From Calditrichaceae bacterium (GTDB lineage: Bacteria; Calditrichota; Calditrichia; Calditrichales; JBFXGD01), in the NCBI GenBank assembly GCA_050173015.1, contig JBFXLE010000003.1, forward strand, positions 96,001-160,000: a stretch of 64,000 nt of DNA. Reading direction: 5' to 3'. Positions 1-9,818 of this stretch are shown here, piece by piece; position 1 is the stretch's first letter, and the number at the start of each line of letters is the position of its first letter. The notes under the pieces are model-generated. The model had not been told where the DNA came from and ran no database searches. It saw only the letters and a program-made list of their open reading frames with translations. Made by a program: the position numbers and the translations under genes.

Positions 1-716
1 CCTTTTTGATAAGCGGTAAGGAGCAGTGTTTCCATATCACTGGTACCGTCAAAAGAATGATAGGTATGGACATGAACATCCAACGCGAAATGATCCGCCC
101 CTTCTTTAACTTTATCAGTTCCGATAATCTTATGCATTAAATTGAGCGAACTGTTTTTTATGAGTTTATCTTCACTCTTTAGCATGAGATAGGGACTCGA
201 CAATACGTGGTTAGAATTTAAATTTCCGGTAAGAATATGATTCAACGCGACAAGCGTTCCTTTTTGCCTTCTGTAGGAACGGTCGTCTGTCATTCTCCTG
301 AATTCTTCCTCACGGATTAAAAACTGATTATTATCATAATGCTGAGTGTTTCGGGGATCGTTTATCAGGTCTTGCCTGGATTGGATCCAGTCAAAATCGT
401 TTCCGTCCTCATATAAATTAAAACGGTCAGTCGATCTCCAGTAGTCATAGGAAATACTTCTGCCATCAAAATTACTGATAAATTTTCTAAAATCGTTCAG
501 CCCGTCGGTTGCGTTATCCCTGATTCTAAATTCGGTAAACGCATCCATTAAGTCAGTATCATTGTCAAATGAATCGCTTACGTTGTGTGTTATTTCCGTA
601 ACTGTATCAGTTGGCGACATGACGGGATCTTCGAAGGCATGAACGCGTTCCGGAGCAGCTAACAGCGTGATTGTAACCGCTGATATCTTGAGAGATATTA
701 TAAATATTTGTTTCAT
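1..716 (-). CDS. Secreted PHP-domain (polymerase/histidinol phosphatase family) protein, 3' end outside window
   Basis: Not in the ORF track. Manual translation from ATG at 716 gives MKQIFIISLKISAVTITLLAAPERVHAFEDP (signal-peptide-like) and stays open to the window edge, ending ...HFALDVHVHTYHSFDGTSDMETLLLTAYQK, the PHP DxHxHTxxSxDG motif. Confidence 0.75.
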   Translation of the reverse strand, partial: MKQIFIISLKISAVTITLLAAPERVHAFEDPVMSPTDTVTEITHNVSDSFDNDTDLMDAFTEFRIRDNATDGLNDFRKFISNFDGRSISYDYWRSTDRFNLYEDGNDFDWIQSRQDLINDPRNTQHYDNNQFLIREEEFRRMTDDRSYRRQKGTLVALNHILTGNLNSNHVLSSPYLMLKSEDKLIKNSSLNLMHKIIGTDKVKEGADHFALDVHVHTYHSFDGTSDMETLLLTAYQK

Positions 717-773
717 TTTTAATTTTTAGTTTACAATAAAGTACAAAGATATTTCATCTCATAACACAAAAAT

Positions 774-1400
774 TTATTTATTATAAATCCTGTTATGTGA
801 CTGGTAAACTTCTGTAATCAGTTCTATTCTTCTTTTAATAAAATCGTTTTTTTGTTCCATGCTGACATTAAACAGATTATCAAACAGTGGCTCAAAGAGG
901 GCATATATCATAACTATCCCGACAAAACTGATAAATCCGTTGATCCTGTCATCATCACAGTCCGCGCCGGGTGATACATGCTGCTCCAGAATGGCGACAA
1001 TATTATGCAATTTTGACTGCAGGTTGGTAGTCCGCGGCGATTTCAATATTTCGATTAAAGCGTCGGCGCCGTTATTAATTTCATAAATAAGAAGTTTCAG
1101 CACTTCCGGATTTTCCTGCCAGAATCGGATAAAGATTTCAATAAGTTTACTTCTGTCAGGAGCCTTCACATGTTGCAACAGGATCTGATAATGCAGATAG
1201 TTAATCATTTTTTTAATATTCACACGGATCACAAGATCGTATAAACGGTCTTTATCATCAAAATGATAATAGATGAGTGAATTATTTATTTCGCAGTATT
1301 CAGCGATTTGACTCACCGAAGTACCGTTTTTGCCGTTCATCGAGAATAGAGTCGTTGCAGCCTGAATAATAGCTGCCTTTGTCCTCTTGGGAGATTTCAT
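774..1400 (-). CDS. TetR/AcrR family transcriptional regulator
   Basis: N-terminal HTH: IIQAATTLFSMNGKNGTSVSQIAEYCEINNSLIYYHFDDKDRLY. Confidence 0.9.
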   Translation of the reverse strand: MKSPKRTKAAIIQAATTLFSMNGKNGTSVSQIAEYCEINNSLIYYHFDDKDRLYDLVIRVNIKKMINYLHYQILLQHVKAPDRSKLIEIFIRFWQENPEVLKLLIYEINNGADALIEILKSPRTTNLQSKLHNIVAILEQHVSPGADCDDDRINGFISFVGIVMIYALFEPLFDNLFNVSMEQKNDFIKRRIELITEVYQSHNRIYNK

Positions 1401-1414
1401 TTAGCCCTCACCGA

Positions 1415-2377
1415 TCAGAAAACACTAAAAGAGACGTATTTATCGGGATTTTCTTTGAAATCAGCCGTTAACTCCTCCAGTTCACGGGTCAGATTGAGAA
1501 GTCTTTCATAGAGCTGCTTGTCAGACAGTAATCTACCGGCAGTTCCATCGCCGTGCAGTTTATTCAGCAATGAATCGCTTTTCTGAACAACAGATTGTAT
1601 TTGAGGAAAAAACATTGTGTCTGCAACCACCTGCCCGACCGTACCTTTACCTGAGCGAATATTTCCGACAATCGCTTCGATATCCCGCGAAGTCCGCGTG
1701 ACAGATTTATAGAGCGTGCTGTCATTAAGGAGTTTTCCCAGATTCCCCTTACCGGCGACGAGTTTATCACTCCCCTTACTGACATTTTTCAACAATACCG
1801 CCATATCACTTCCGGCATCTTTATCTTTTATGATTCGGCTTAACACCCCTTCGCCTTCTACAATATCACTGCTGATCGTATTTAGATTATGCAGGATAGC
1901 TTTTAGATCTGAAAGTGTGGAAGTGGCATCGGCAATAAGATTACTCGTATCAATCAGCCATTCACTCTGTATAAATGAACCTTGCTCCAGCGCCAATTCA
2001 TTGGATTTGCCAAGAGAAATATCCACATATTTATCTCCAAGGATTCCCATAGTTTTGATGATAGCCTTTGAAGAAGCGGTAATTTTATCCTGATAATCAT
2101 TATCTATTTTTAGTTCGATTCTTATTCCCCGCTGGTCATCATATTCCGTAAATTTCAGCTGACCGACCACTCCGACTTTCAAACCTGAAAGCGTGACGAA
2201 AGCGCCTGAATTTAATCCTTCTATATTAGGGAGAAACATATAAATTGAGTATTTTGAATCAAATATCTTCTGATTTGATCCGACCATAAAAAATATGAAA
2301 CCGGCCAAAAACATCGAGAGACCGATCATCAAAAACACACTTATTTTAAGGCTTTTATTTTTATTAGATAATTCCAT
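1415..2377 (-). CDS. mlaD: MCE/MlaD family protein with long helical C-terminal extension
   Basis: N-terminal TM helix, MCE motifs GLNSGAFVTLSGLKVGVV and IKTMGILGDKYVDI; lies next to the MlaF/MlaE homologues. Confidence 0.88.
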   Translation of the reverse strand: MELSNKNKSLKISVFLMIGLSMFLAGFIFFMVGSNQKIFDSKYSIYMFLPNIEGLNSGAFVTLSGLKVGVVGQLKFTEYDDQRGIRIELKIDNDYQDKITASSKAIIKTMGILGDKYVDISLGKSNELALEQGSFIQSEWLIDTSNLIADATSTLSDLKAILHNLNTISSDIVEGEGVLSRIIKDKDAGSDMAVLLKNVSKGSDKLVAGKGNLGKLLNDSTLYKSVTRTSRDIEAIVGNIRSGKGTVGQVVADTMFFPQIQSVVQKSDSLLNKLHGDGTAGRLLSDKQLYERLLNLTRELEELTADFKENPDKYVSFSVF

Positions 2378-3113
2378 ATTGTGACATTACCTCAGTTAAA
2401 GCGAATGGAAATTCAGTTTTTTTTTTATCGGATACGGATTCCAAATCCGGCTCACCGTCATATTCAATGACACCTTCCTTCAGCAGCATCATCCTGTCCA
2501 CGATATTTAGGAAGTAGTGGATTTCATGGCTTACGATGAGTGATGTGACATTAAAACGATGCCTTAAATCATCAATAAGACCGACAACCCTTGTGGCCGT
2601 TTGCGGATCAAGCCCGGCCGTCGGCTCATCATACAACATAACATCCGGACCGGAGGTGATTGCGCGAGCGATCGCGACCCGCTTCTTCATACCGCCGCTA
2701 AGCTGGGCGGGATAATAATCTTTAAACGCGTCGAGGTGCAGATATTCCAACTTTTCCATTACACTGTGATATACTTCTTCTCTGGATAGTTTTTGGCTTT
2801 CACGAAGAAAGAACCCTACATTTTCTTCTACCGTCAGAGAATCGAACAATGCGCCTCCCTGAAAAACCATCCCGCATTTTTGACGCAATTTCATCAATTC
2901 ATTGTTTGACAATTTATCAATATTTTTACCAAACACAGAAATTTCACCGGATACGGGCTTAATCAGTCCGAGTAATAACTTCAAAATAGTGCTTTTCCCA
3001 GCGCCGCTGTTACCAATAAGCAAAACACTCTGGCCTTTTTCGATCTTAAACGAAATTTTATTCAATATTTCCTTGCCGTTCAGGCTCAGCTCGACATCTT
3101 TAAATTCAATCAT
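2364..3113 (-). CDS. mlaF: ABC transporter ATP-binding protein, MlaF family
   Basis: Walker A GNSGAGKST, GMVFQGGALFDSLTVEENV, signature LSGGMKKRVAIARA, Walker B MLYDEPTAGLDP. Confidence 0.9.
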   Translation of the reverse strand: MIEFKDVELSLNGKEILNKISFKIEKGQSVLLIGNSGAGKSTILKLLLGLIKPVSGEISVFGKNIDKLSNNELMKLRQKCGMVFQGGALFDSLTVEENVGFFLRESQKLSREEVYHSVMEKLEYLHLDAFKDYYPAQLSGGMKKRVAIARAITSGPDVMLYDEPTAGLDPQTATRVVGLIDDLRHRFNVTSLIVSHEIHYFLNIVDRMMLLKEGVIEYDGEPDLESVSDKKKTEFPFALTEVMSQYGII

Positions 3114-3125
3114 TTTTCACTTCTC

Positions 3126-3917
3126 CTAGTAGAGGCTGAGGATTATTTTTGTTAAAAGGAAGTCCATAAAAAGAACAGCAAGTGATGAATACATTACTGT
3201 TTTTGTGGCGGCTCTTCCCATCCCCTCCGCGCCCCCCTGGACCGTATAACCATAATAGGAACTAATTATTCCGATCAATACCCCGTAAAACGGCGGTTTA
3301 ACCCATCCTATAACTAAGTCTTTTATAAAAAGTCCGTCACGCATCGAAATCCAAAAAAATTGAGAATCCACTCCCATCCAGACCACCGACGCAAACCAAC
3401 TGGCGATGATTCCCATGGCATCCGCAAGCAATGTCAGAGGAATCATGATCATTATCGAGGCAAAGACTCTGGGAACAACCAGCCTTTTGATCGGATCCAC
3501 TCCAAAGGCGTGAAGCGCGTCAATTTGTTCCGTCAGCGCCATGTTACCTATTTCAGAGACTACCTTCGCGCCGCTTCTTCCCGCAACCATCAGGCCTGTC
3601 AGCATCGGACCGATCTCCCGGATCACCGATACTGCTACTATACGCCCAAGCATCAATTTTGCTCCAAATGGTTCCAATTTTTTTGCCCATTCTAGCGCCA
3701 GAACCATGCTTGTAAAACTGGTGGCCAGCAAAACGATAATAATAGCCTGAACACCCATAATATAGAACTGCTTCGATGTCTCCCCGGGATATCTGAACGC
3801 ATAATGAAGGGAAGAAAGCGTTTTATATATAAAGCCCACCCAACTTTTTACTTCAACGTAAATATTCTTCAATTTACTCTTAAGGATCAGCATCTCTAAT
3901 TTTGTCGTAATATCCAT
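3126..3917 (-). CDS. mlaE: ABC transporter permease, MlaE family
   Basis: IREIGPMLTGLMVAGRSG, EIGNMALTEQIDALHAFGVDPIKRLVVPR, GGAEGMGRAATKTV. Start placed at ATG 3917, after AAGGGA. Confidence 0.9.
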   Translation of the reverse strand: MDITTKLEMLILKSKLKNIYVEVKSWVGFIYKTLSSLHYAFRYPGETSKQFYIMGVQAIIIVLLATSFTSMVLALEWAKKLEPFGAKLMLGRIVAVSVIREIGPMLTGLMVAGRSGAKVVSEIGNMALTEQIDALHAFGVDPIKRLVVPRVFASIMIMIPLTLLADAMGIIASWFASVVWMGVDSQFFWISMRDGLFIKDLVIGWVKPPFYGVLIGIISSYYGYTVQGGAEGMGRAATKTVMYSSLAVLFMDFLLTKIILSLY

Positions 3918-3936
3918 ATATCCCTTACAATACAAT

Positions 3937-3968
3937 AAAAAGTCCCCCTGCGTTAGCTCAGGGGGACT
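3937..3968 (-). terminator. Intrinsic terminator/attenuating hairpin between beta-barrel gene and mlaE
   Basis: AGTCCCCCTG-n8-CAGGGGGACT perfect 10-bp stem followed by a T-run on the minus strand. Confidence 0.7.
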
Positions 3969-3986
3969 TATACATCACCCGGAAAC

Positions 3987-4661
3987 TTACTTTCTCAAAG
4001 AAAGATAATAGGTTAAAGAAAAATCAAGACCGATAAAACCCTGATTATCGAAGTTTGCGCCAAATTTCTCTTCGTCTTCGGAAAATACAAAATAATACTT
4101 TCCCTGTCCAGATACCGCTAAATTTTTTGAGATAGAATATTCAACTCCGGCTCCTACGTTCATTCCAAAGCTCGTTTTTGAGAAATCATCTTTACTCTGA
4201 TATTTTGCAGCAACCGCTGTGCCGTTGACACCGTCATTGCTGAATTTCCAGGGATGTAAACCCAAACCTAAACTGACAAAAGGTGAAATATTTCTGTTAA
4301 TTTTTAGATCAATAAACGGACCGTATTTATAAACAATCCCCAAGATGATACTGGGCATCACATAAGCGGGATCCAGATCCGCGTCCGGTTTTTCCGAATC
4401 CACCACATACATCCAGCTATAACTGAATGAACCCTCAACCGCAAGATTTGGGGTAACTCCGTACCTGACTGACACTCCCCAGTTCTGACCGGTTTCAACA
4501 ACATCCTTTAAATCACCGTGACTATCGAAGCTGCCGTTTGATGGGATCATGGCACCGGCAGTCGGTGTGATACCTATTTTACCCGTCCAGTTGCCCGCGA
4601 ATCCGGACTTTGCGATCATTACCAAAAATAGAATTAAGAAAATACCCGTTAAACGGCTCAT
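3987..4661 (-). CDS. Outer-membrane beta-barrel protein (OmpA/OmpW-like 8-stranded family)
   Basis: Signal peptide, alternating amphipathic strands (WGVSVRYGVTPNLAVEGSFSY, ISPFVSLGLG, FGMNVGAGVEYSI, GLDFSLTYYL). Confidence 0.8.
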   Translation of the reverse strand: MSRLTGIFLILFLVMIAKSGFAGNWTGKIGITPTAGAMIPSNGSFDSHGDLKDVVETGQNWGVSVRYGVTPNLAVEGSFSYSWMYVVDSEKPDADLDPAYVMPSIILGIVYKYGPFIDLKINRNISPFVSLGLGLHPWKFSNDGVNGTAVAAKYQSKDDFSKTSFGMNVGAGVEYSISKNLAVSGQGKYYFVFSEDEEKFGANFDNQGFIGLDFSLTYYLSLRK

Positions 4662-4805
4662 GATCCACCTCCAGCATTTTGTGATGTGGAAATGTTACTA
4701 TTTTTAACGATTGAATGTTTTTTAAATGTTGTCATTTTATATCTATATAATATTGCCTTATTTTCATCAACATTATTCAAATCTTAAAATCAATATGAAA
4801 AATAA

Positions 4806-4825
4806 ATCAGTGATCACTAACTAAC
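4806..4825 (-). promoter_or_regulatory. Putative TetR operator (imperfect palindrome GTTAGTGA-n4-TCACTAAC)
   Basis: Minus strand GTTAGTTAGTGATCACTGAT upstream of the beta-barrel/mla genes; resembles the site at 11232-11251. Confidence 0.5.
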
Positions 4826-4906
4826 AATCACAGATAAATTTTTACCTTCTTCTTTCTTCTTAATTAATTCAACTCATTTATTTTTCATTTGTGCCGCAAA
4901 AAAAAT

Positions 4907-5497
4907 TTAATTTTCCTTGAATACAATTTTGTCAAGCGTTTCGAGCAAACCCTCGCCACGCTCCTTGATGGAGAATACAAAACCTGAATTACGCCACTCA
5001 AGAATCACCATTCTGAGATATCCCAAAATGACGGTGCTGAGATCATCTGTATTCACATCAACAATGGTTCCCTCGACTTTTGCTTCATCAATTAACTTAC
5101 CAATAAGTCTGAGACGGTTTCTCATAATTTCATTAATTTTGTTCTGAATAGCTTCGTCGGGATCAAAAATATCCTCTGAAAATATGACTGCCGTCATTTC
5201 CGGATGTTCCTGCAAATATTCCATATGCAAAATCGTGATGCGTTCTATTTTCTTCTTAGGCGAAGAAATATTTTTCAGATCTTTTTCCAATTCCTTGCCA
5301 AATATCTTCAGTCGGTCGAGAATACCATATATAATTTCATTTTTATTGCTAAAATGACGGTATATGGCCGGCTCTGAAATCCCTACATTTTTAGCGAGTT
5401 CTCTTATCGATAATGCCGAATATCCTTTAGCGTGGATAATCTTTATCGCTTCGTCGATAATTTGCCGTTGTCTTTCTTCCGTGTTTACTCTAGTCAT
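4907..5497 (-). CDS. TetR/AcrR family transcriptional regulator
   Basis: RQRQIIDEAIKIIHAKGYSALSIRELAKNVGISEPAIYRHFSNKNEI HTH. Confidence 0.92.
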   Translation of the reverse strand: MTRVNTEERQRQIIDEAIKIIHAKGYSALSIRELAKNVGISEPAIYRHFSNKNEIIYGILDRLKIFGKELEKDLKNISSPKKKIERITILHMEYLQEHPEMTAVIFSEDIFDPDEAIQNKINEIMRNRLRLIGKLIDEAKVEGTIVDVNTDDLSTVILGYLRMVILEWRNSGFVFSIKERGEGLLETLDKIVFKEN

Positions 5498-5634
5498 TTG
5501 GGTTACCTCAATTCATATTGCAGGCGAATTACATTTTTCTGATTTTGTTCATCTTGTCTGCAAGTTCTTCAACGATCTTGTTTCTTAATTTTGCCGCCCG
5601 GCAAATGGTCACCAGGCGGCTATCATAAATAAAT

Positions 5635-8600
5635 CTAACTGACGACATCTGTTTGTACTACCTTATTCTTTTTCCCAAACCCTTTCAGGAAATCCGCGAT
5701 ACTTTCAAATGAATCATATACCACAGGTATCACAATCATTGTAAGGAATGTTGATGCCGTCATTCCACCGATTACCGCGATCGCCAGGGGAGAAAACTTT
5801 TCCGCGCCAAGCGCCAGTTCCAGAGCCAGCGGTGTCATACCGATAATTGTTGAAAACGACGTCATCATGATCGGCCTGAATCGGGCCGCGACGGATTCAA
5901 CAATCGCTTCCCTTCTTTCGGCTCCCTCCTCACGGCGTTGCCTGATAAAGTCGAGCAGAATTATGGAATTGTTCACAACGATGCCCACAAGGAGAATCAT
6001 CGCCACCATCACAATCATCGACACTGTCTTGCCTCCAATCCAGAGAGCAATGGCCACTCCGATCAGACTCAATGGAACCGACATCATCACTGTCACCGGA
6101 TGAATGAATGAGCGAAACTGAGCGACAAGAAGCAGGTAAATGGCGATTAACGCCATCATCATTGCCCCCGTGAGCTCACTTTTCGCTTCACCTAAATCCT
6201 TGTCTTCGCCTGAAAGTCCCACCTTGTAACCCTTCGGGACATTGATTTTTGAAATTTCTTTGGCCACGTCAGCGGTCACAAAATTCAATGCGCGATTCTG
6301 GTGCAGAGCGAGAATATCGAGTGTCGGCTCCAGGTTTTCGGTGGTTACCAATCCCTGCACCATAATTTCTTTACCGTTTACGATACTGCCAATCGGTACT
6401 ACCTGTCCATCCGTGGAGGAGATCGTACGGACCTCATAGGCGTCTTTTTCTCGCTGACGAAATGGTATATCGTATCTGACGCGAATGGGTGTATCATCTC
6501 CCTGCATATCCCGGAACGTTCCTGCAGACATCCCATCGAGAGAACGAACCAATTCATTGGCCGCGCTGACCGGAGTCATCCCCATCTCACGGGCGCGTTC
6601 AGTATCGATTGAAAGTTCGATACTTTTCTGGTCGATACGCCACTCACGATATGGATTTACCACCCCAGGTATCGGTCTGATGATTCTCATGACTTCATCA
6701 CCTAAAGCATTGAGGACTAAAGGATCTTCTCCTTTTACACTGACCATAATAGATGCAGCCGTTGTGGATTTAGCCGTCGCTCCTGATTCCCTTACAACAA
6801 CATTCTGAAGCCCCGGAATCTTCCATATTTTCTCCCTGAGACGGTCCTGGATTTCCCAAATGGATTCCGAGCGTTGCGTACGTGGCGTTAAGGTTAATTG
6901 GATATATCCCTGCGTTGGGCCCTGTACACCACCGCCGCCAAAAGAATGCATACCCGGTTCGAAGCCCATTTGATTCGATATCAGAATCACTTCGGGTTCA
7001 TCGAGAATGATCGCTTCCACCTGCTCCATTATTTTTCCGGTTTCTGTAAGCGATGTACCCGAGGTCGTTTCTATGGTAATATTGGTCGTGCCGGCATCCA
7101 TTTTCGGCAGTAACTCCATACCAAGATATTTTAACATTATGAGTGAACCTACAAACAAGACAGTCATAGTTAAAAACACTAACCACCTTTTGTTCAGTGA
7201 TTTGGAGAGCAATGTGGTATAAAAATCACGTACTTTATCCATCACACGATTCCAGGGCGCCGAAATTTTTTCCGAATATTTTTCAACTTTACCACCGTCT
7301 CTGGTCACCAATGCCGTAAGAATAGGTACCAGAGACAGTGCGACGAGCAATGAAGAAATAAAAGCAATGATCATCGTAGCCGCCAATGGACCGAATGTTT
7401 TTCCTATGAAACCATACAAAAAGAGGAGCGGGAAAAGAACGATTAATGTCGTTAAATTTCCTGCGACGACAGCAAACTGAATTTCCTTTGCCCCCTCGGC
7501 AGCCGCCTGGGTCGCTGATATTTTTCTTTCCCGGTAATGTCTTGTAATATTTTCCAAAACAACTACGGAGGCATCCACCACCATACCAACCGCCAGAATG
7601 ATCGCTGAGAGTGTAACAAGATCCAATTGTACGTTGAATACTTTCATTCCCGCGAATGTAAGCAGAAAGGTCATCGGCATGGAAACGGCAACAACAAGAC
7701 CTCTGCTCAAGCTTCCAAGAAAAAGAAATATGATGATGGCGGCGAGAAAAATAGCCTGCCAGACACCACTCAGCATATTATCTACAATCAACTGAGTAAA
7801 CGAAGCATCTTCCTTTGCAACAATCATTTCAATTTCGGGATAACGCTCATTTAACTCTTCAAACTTTTTTTGAGCACGCACAACAACATCAACGGTATTG
7901 GCATCATCCTGTTTAAAAACCTGCATGGCAATCGCTTCTTTGCCATTTACTCTGAACAGTGAGAGATTTTCGCCTGATCCCTGCTCTACCTTCGCGATAT
8001 CACCGATCAATATCCGCTTACCGGTTGGCGTCGTTATGGGAATTTTTTCAATTTCAGTCATATTCTGACTTTGTTCATCCACACGGAAAGTATACTGCAA
8101 TCCTTCACTCTTGATCTGACCGGCAGGTACACTCACATTATGACTGCGAATCGCGTTAACCACCATGCCAAGATTCAGCCTGTGAGCTTCAAGACGGTCT
8201 CTGTTAATTCTGATTGATATTTCGGGCTCATAACCCCCAAACACATCCACAACGGAAACCCCGCGCACTCTTTGAAGTTCAGGAGCCAGTACGTCTTCAG
8301 CCAGTCTGCGAACATCTACCAGATTTTCACTTATCAAACCCATACTCAGAACCGGAGCATCACTGGTTGAAATTTTCAAAATCTGGGGTTCATCGATCTC
8401 TTTTGGCAGTTTTCCCCGGATTCTGGTGATGGCGTTCTGAACATCTACCGCCGCGATATCGACATCCGTGTCGTAGGTAAACTCCACTTCCACCAGGGAT
8501 AAACCATCCTGTGATGTAGAAGTCACCTTATATACCCCCTCCAGGGTCGCGGCTTCTGTTTCGATTGGATCGGATACCAAATCCGCCACATCCTCCGCCG

Positions 8601-8763
8601 CGGCACCTGCATAAGGTGTCAGAACATTGACCAGCGGCGGTGAAGTATCCGGAAACAACTGAATTGGCAGAGTGTAATACGCAACCGTACCAAATATCAG
8701 CGCAGCAATTGAAAGCGCGTAAATTGTATATTTATTTTTTAACGAAAATTCTGGAAGGCTCAT
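5635..8763 (-). CDS. RND efflux transporter inner-membrane subunit (AcrB/CusA superfamily)
   Basis: 1042 aa; LPIQLFPD, GMVVDASVVVLENI, ARFRPIMMTS, PLAIAVIGG motifs; two large periplasmic loops. Confidence 0.95.
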   Translation of the reverse strand: MSLPEFSLKNKYTIYALSIAALIFGTVAYYTLPIQLFPDTSPPLVNVLTPYAGAAAEDVADLVSDPIETEAATLEGVYKVTSTSQDGLSLVEVEFTYDTDVDIAAVDVQNAITRIRGKLPKEIDEPQILKISTSDAPVLSMGLISENLVDVRRLAEDVLAPELQRVRGVSVVDVFGGYEPEISIRINRDRLEAHRLNLGMVVNAIRSHNVSVPAGQIKSEGLQYTFRVDEQSQNMTEIEKIPITTPTGKRILIGDIAKVEQGSGENLSLFRVNGKEAIAMQVFKQDDANTVDVVVRAQKKFEELNERYPEIEMIVAKEDASFTQLIVDNMLSGVWQAIFLAAIIIFLFLGSLSRGLVVAVSMPMTFLLTFAGMKVFNVQLDLVTLSAIILAVGMVVDASVVVLENITRHYRERKISATQAAAEGAKEIQFAVVAGNLTTLIVLFPLLFLYGFIGKTFGPLAATMIIAFISSLLVALSLVPILTALVTRDGGKVEKYSEKISAPWNRVMDKVRDFYTTLLSKSLNKRWLVFLTMTVLFVGSLIMLKYLGMELLPKMDAGTTNITIETTSGTSLTETGKIMEQVEAIILDEPEVILISNQMGFEPGMHSFGGGGVQGPTQGYIQLTLTPRTQRSESIWEIQDRLREKIWKIPGLQNVVVRESGATAKSTTAASIMVSVKGEDPLVLNALGDEVMRIIRPIPGVVNPYREWRIDQKSIELSIDTERAREMGMTPVSAANELVRSLDGMSAGTFRDMQGDDTPIRVRYDIPFRQREKDAYEVRTISSTDGQVVPIGSIVNGKEIMVQGLVTTENLEPTLDILALHQNRALNFVTADVAKEISKINVPKGYKVGLSGEDKDLGEAKSELTGAMMMALIAIYLLLVAQFRSFIHPVTVMMSVPLSLIGVAIALWIGGKTVSMIVMVAMILLVGIVVNNSIILLDFIRQRREEGAERREAIVESVAARFRPIMMTSFSTIIGMTPLALELALGAEKFSPLAIAVIGGMTASTFLTMIVIPVVYDSFESIADFLKGFGKKNKVVQTDVVS

Positions 8764-9818
8764 CTTTGCACCTCCTCTAATTCTACAGCAAAGACATTGA
8801 CACTGTCTTTTAAGGAGCCAAGATTAGTAATAGCAACAGTCTCACCATTTAATTTATCCAGCGAAACAGAAATCCATCCATTCTGCTCAATCCCCAGCTT
8901 TACATCCCTGCGAAACGCTTTACCATCATTGATGAGAAACAGATGCGGATTTTTATCACGATTCGCGATCGCCTGGACAGGGACAACTACAGCATCTTTA
9001 TGGGAATCTAGAATATAATCCACCCTGAGCGACGCGCCTTTGCGTAAAATTTGACCATCATTTGTACGTATCGGTGTTTTCACAATAAATGCTCTTGACA
9101 TGCCGCTGGCCACCGGTGAAACTTCTGAAACTTTTGTTTCATATTTTTTACCGCTGTTTTCAGTGACCAGTGCTGTGATTCCTTTACGAATTCCTCTGTG
9201 AAGATCTTCTTCTACCACCTCGGCATGCAGCTCAAGCTTATTGTTCCCTAAGAGTAATATCGGCTGACCCGGCATCACATTTTGTCCCGGTTCAACAAGC
9301 CAGTCCAAGACTTCACCGTTAATGGGAGATCTTTCGATTGTTTTTTCAAGACGTGATTTTGCTTCGGTATAGGCCGCATTGGCCGCAAGATAAGCTCTCT
9401 TACTGGCTTCCCCCTCTTCCTGAGGTATGGCTTTTGCTTCCACCAGCCTCTTATCCGCCTCATATCTTCTCGACCAGTAATCAAAATCAGCTTTTGTCCG
9501 TTCAACCACGGCTTCCAGATCGGGAGCATATATTTTCGCGATCAAGTCACCTTTTCGAATTTGCGCTCCTTCGGGATACTGCAGGGAACCAATGGTCCCC
9601 TGAACCTGAGCAGTCACTTTAACTTCGCTTTCTGAATGAACCGTACCCATATAAGAAAGGACTTTATCCATGTCTTTATGCATGGGCTTAATTACTCTGA
9701 CGGCGACAGGAGGATGGGTGACTTCAGAATTTTCCTTGCTGCAGCCGCTTAATAAAACAGTTATAATTAATAATATTGTCATCGTTAATTTAATTCGCCA
9801 GTTCATCAAGATTTTCAT
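8760..9818 (-). CDS. RND efflux periplasmic adaptor (MFP), lipoprotein
   Basis: Lipobox LLSGC, lipoyl-like halves (AQVQGTIGSLQYPEGAQIRKGDLI; RSPINGEV...VEPGQNVMPGQPI); overlaps RND start. Confidence 0.92.
   Translation of the reverse strand: MKILMNWRIKLTMTILLIITVLLSGCSKENSEVTHPPVAVRVIKPMHKDMDKVLSYMGTVHSESEVKVTAQVQGTIGSLQYPEGAQIRKGDLIAKIYAPDLEAVVERTKADFDYWSRRYEADKRLVEAKAIPQEEGEASKRAYLAANAAYTEAKSRLEKTIERSPINGEVLDWLVEPGQNVMPGQPILLLGNNKLELHAEVVEEDLHRGIRKGITALVTENSGKKYETKVSEVSPVASGMSRAFIVKTPIRTNDGQILRKGASLRVDYILDSHKDAVVVPVQAIANRDKNPHLFLINDGKAFRRDVKLGIEQNGWISVSLDKLNGETVAITNLGSLKDSVNVFAVELEEVQR

Noticed and set aside
5593-5620. GCCGCC...GGCGGC inverted repeat after the RND gene as a terminator
   Set aside because: Short stem, long loop and no T-run on the coding (minus) strand; insufficient support.
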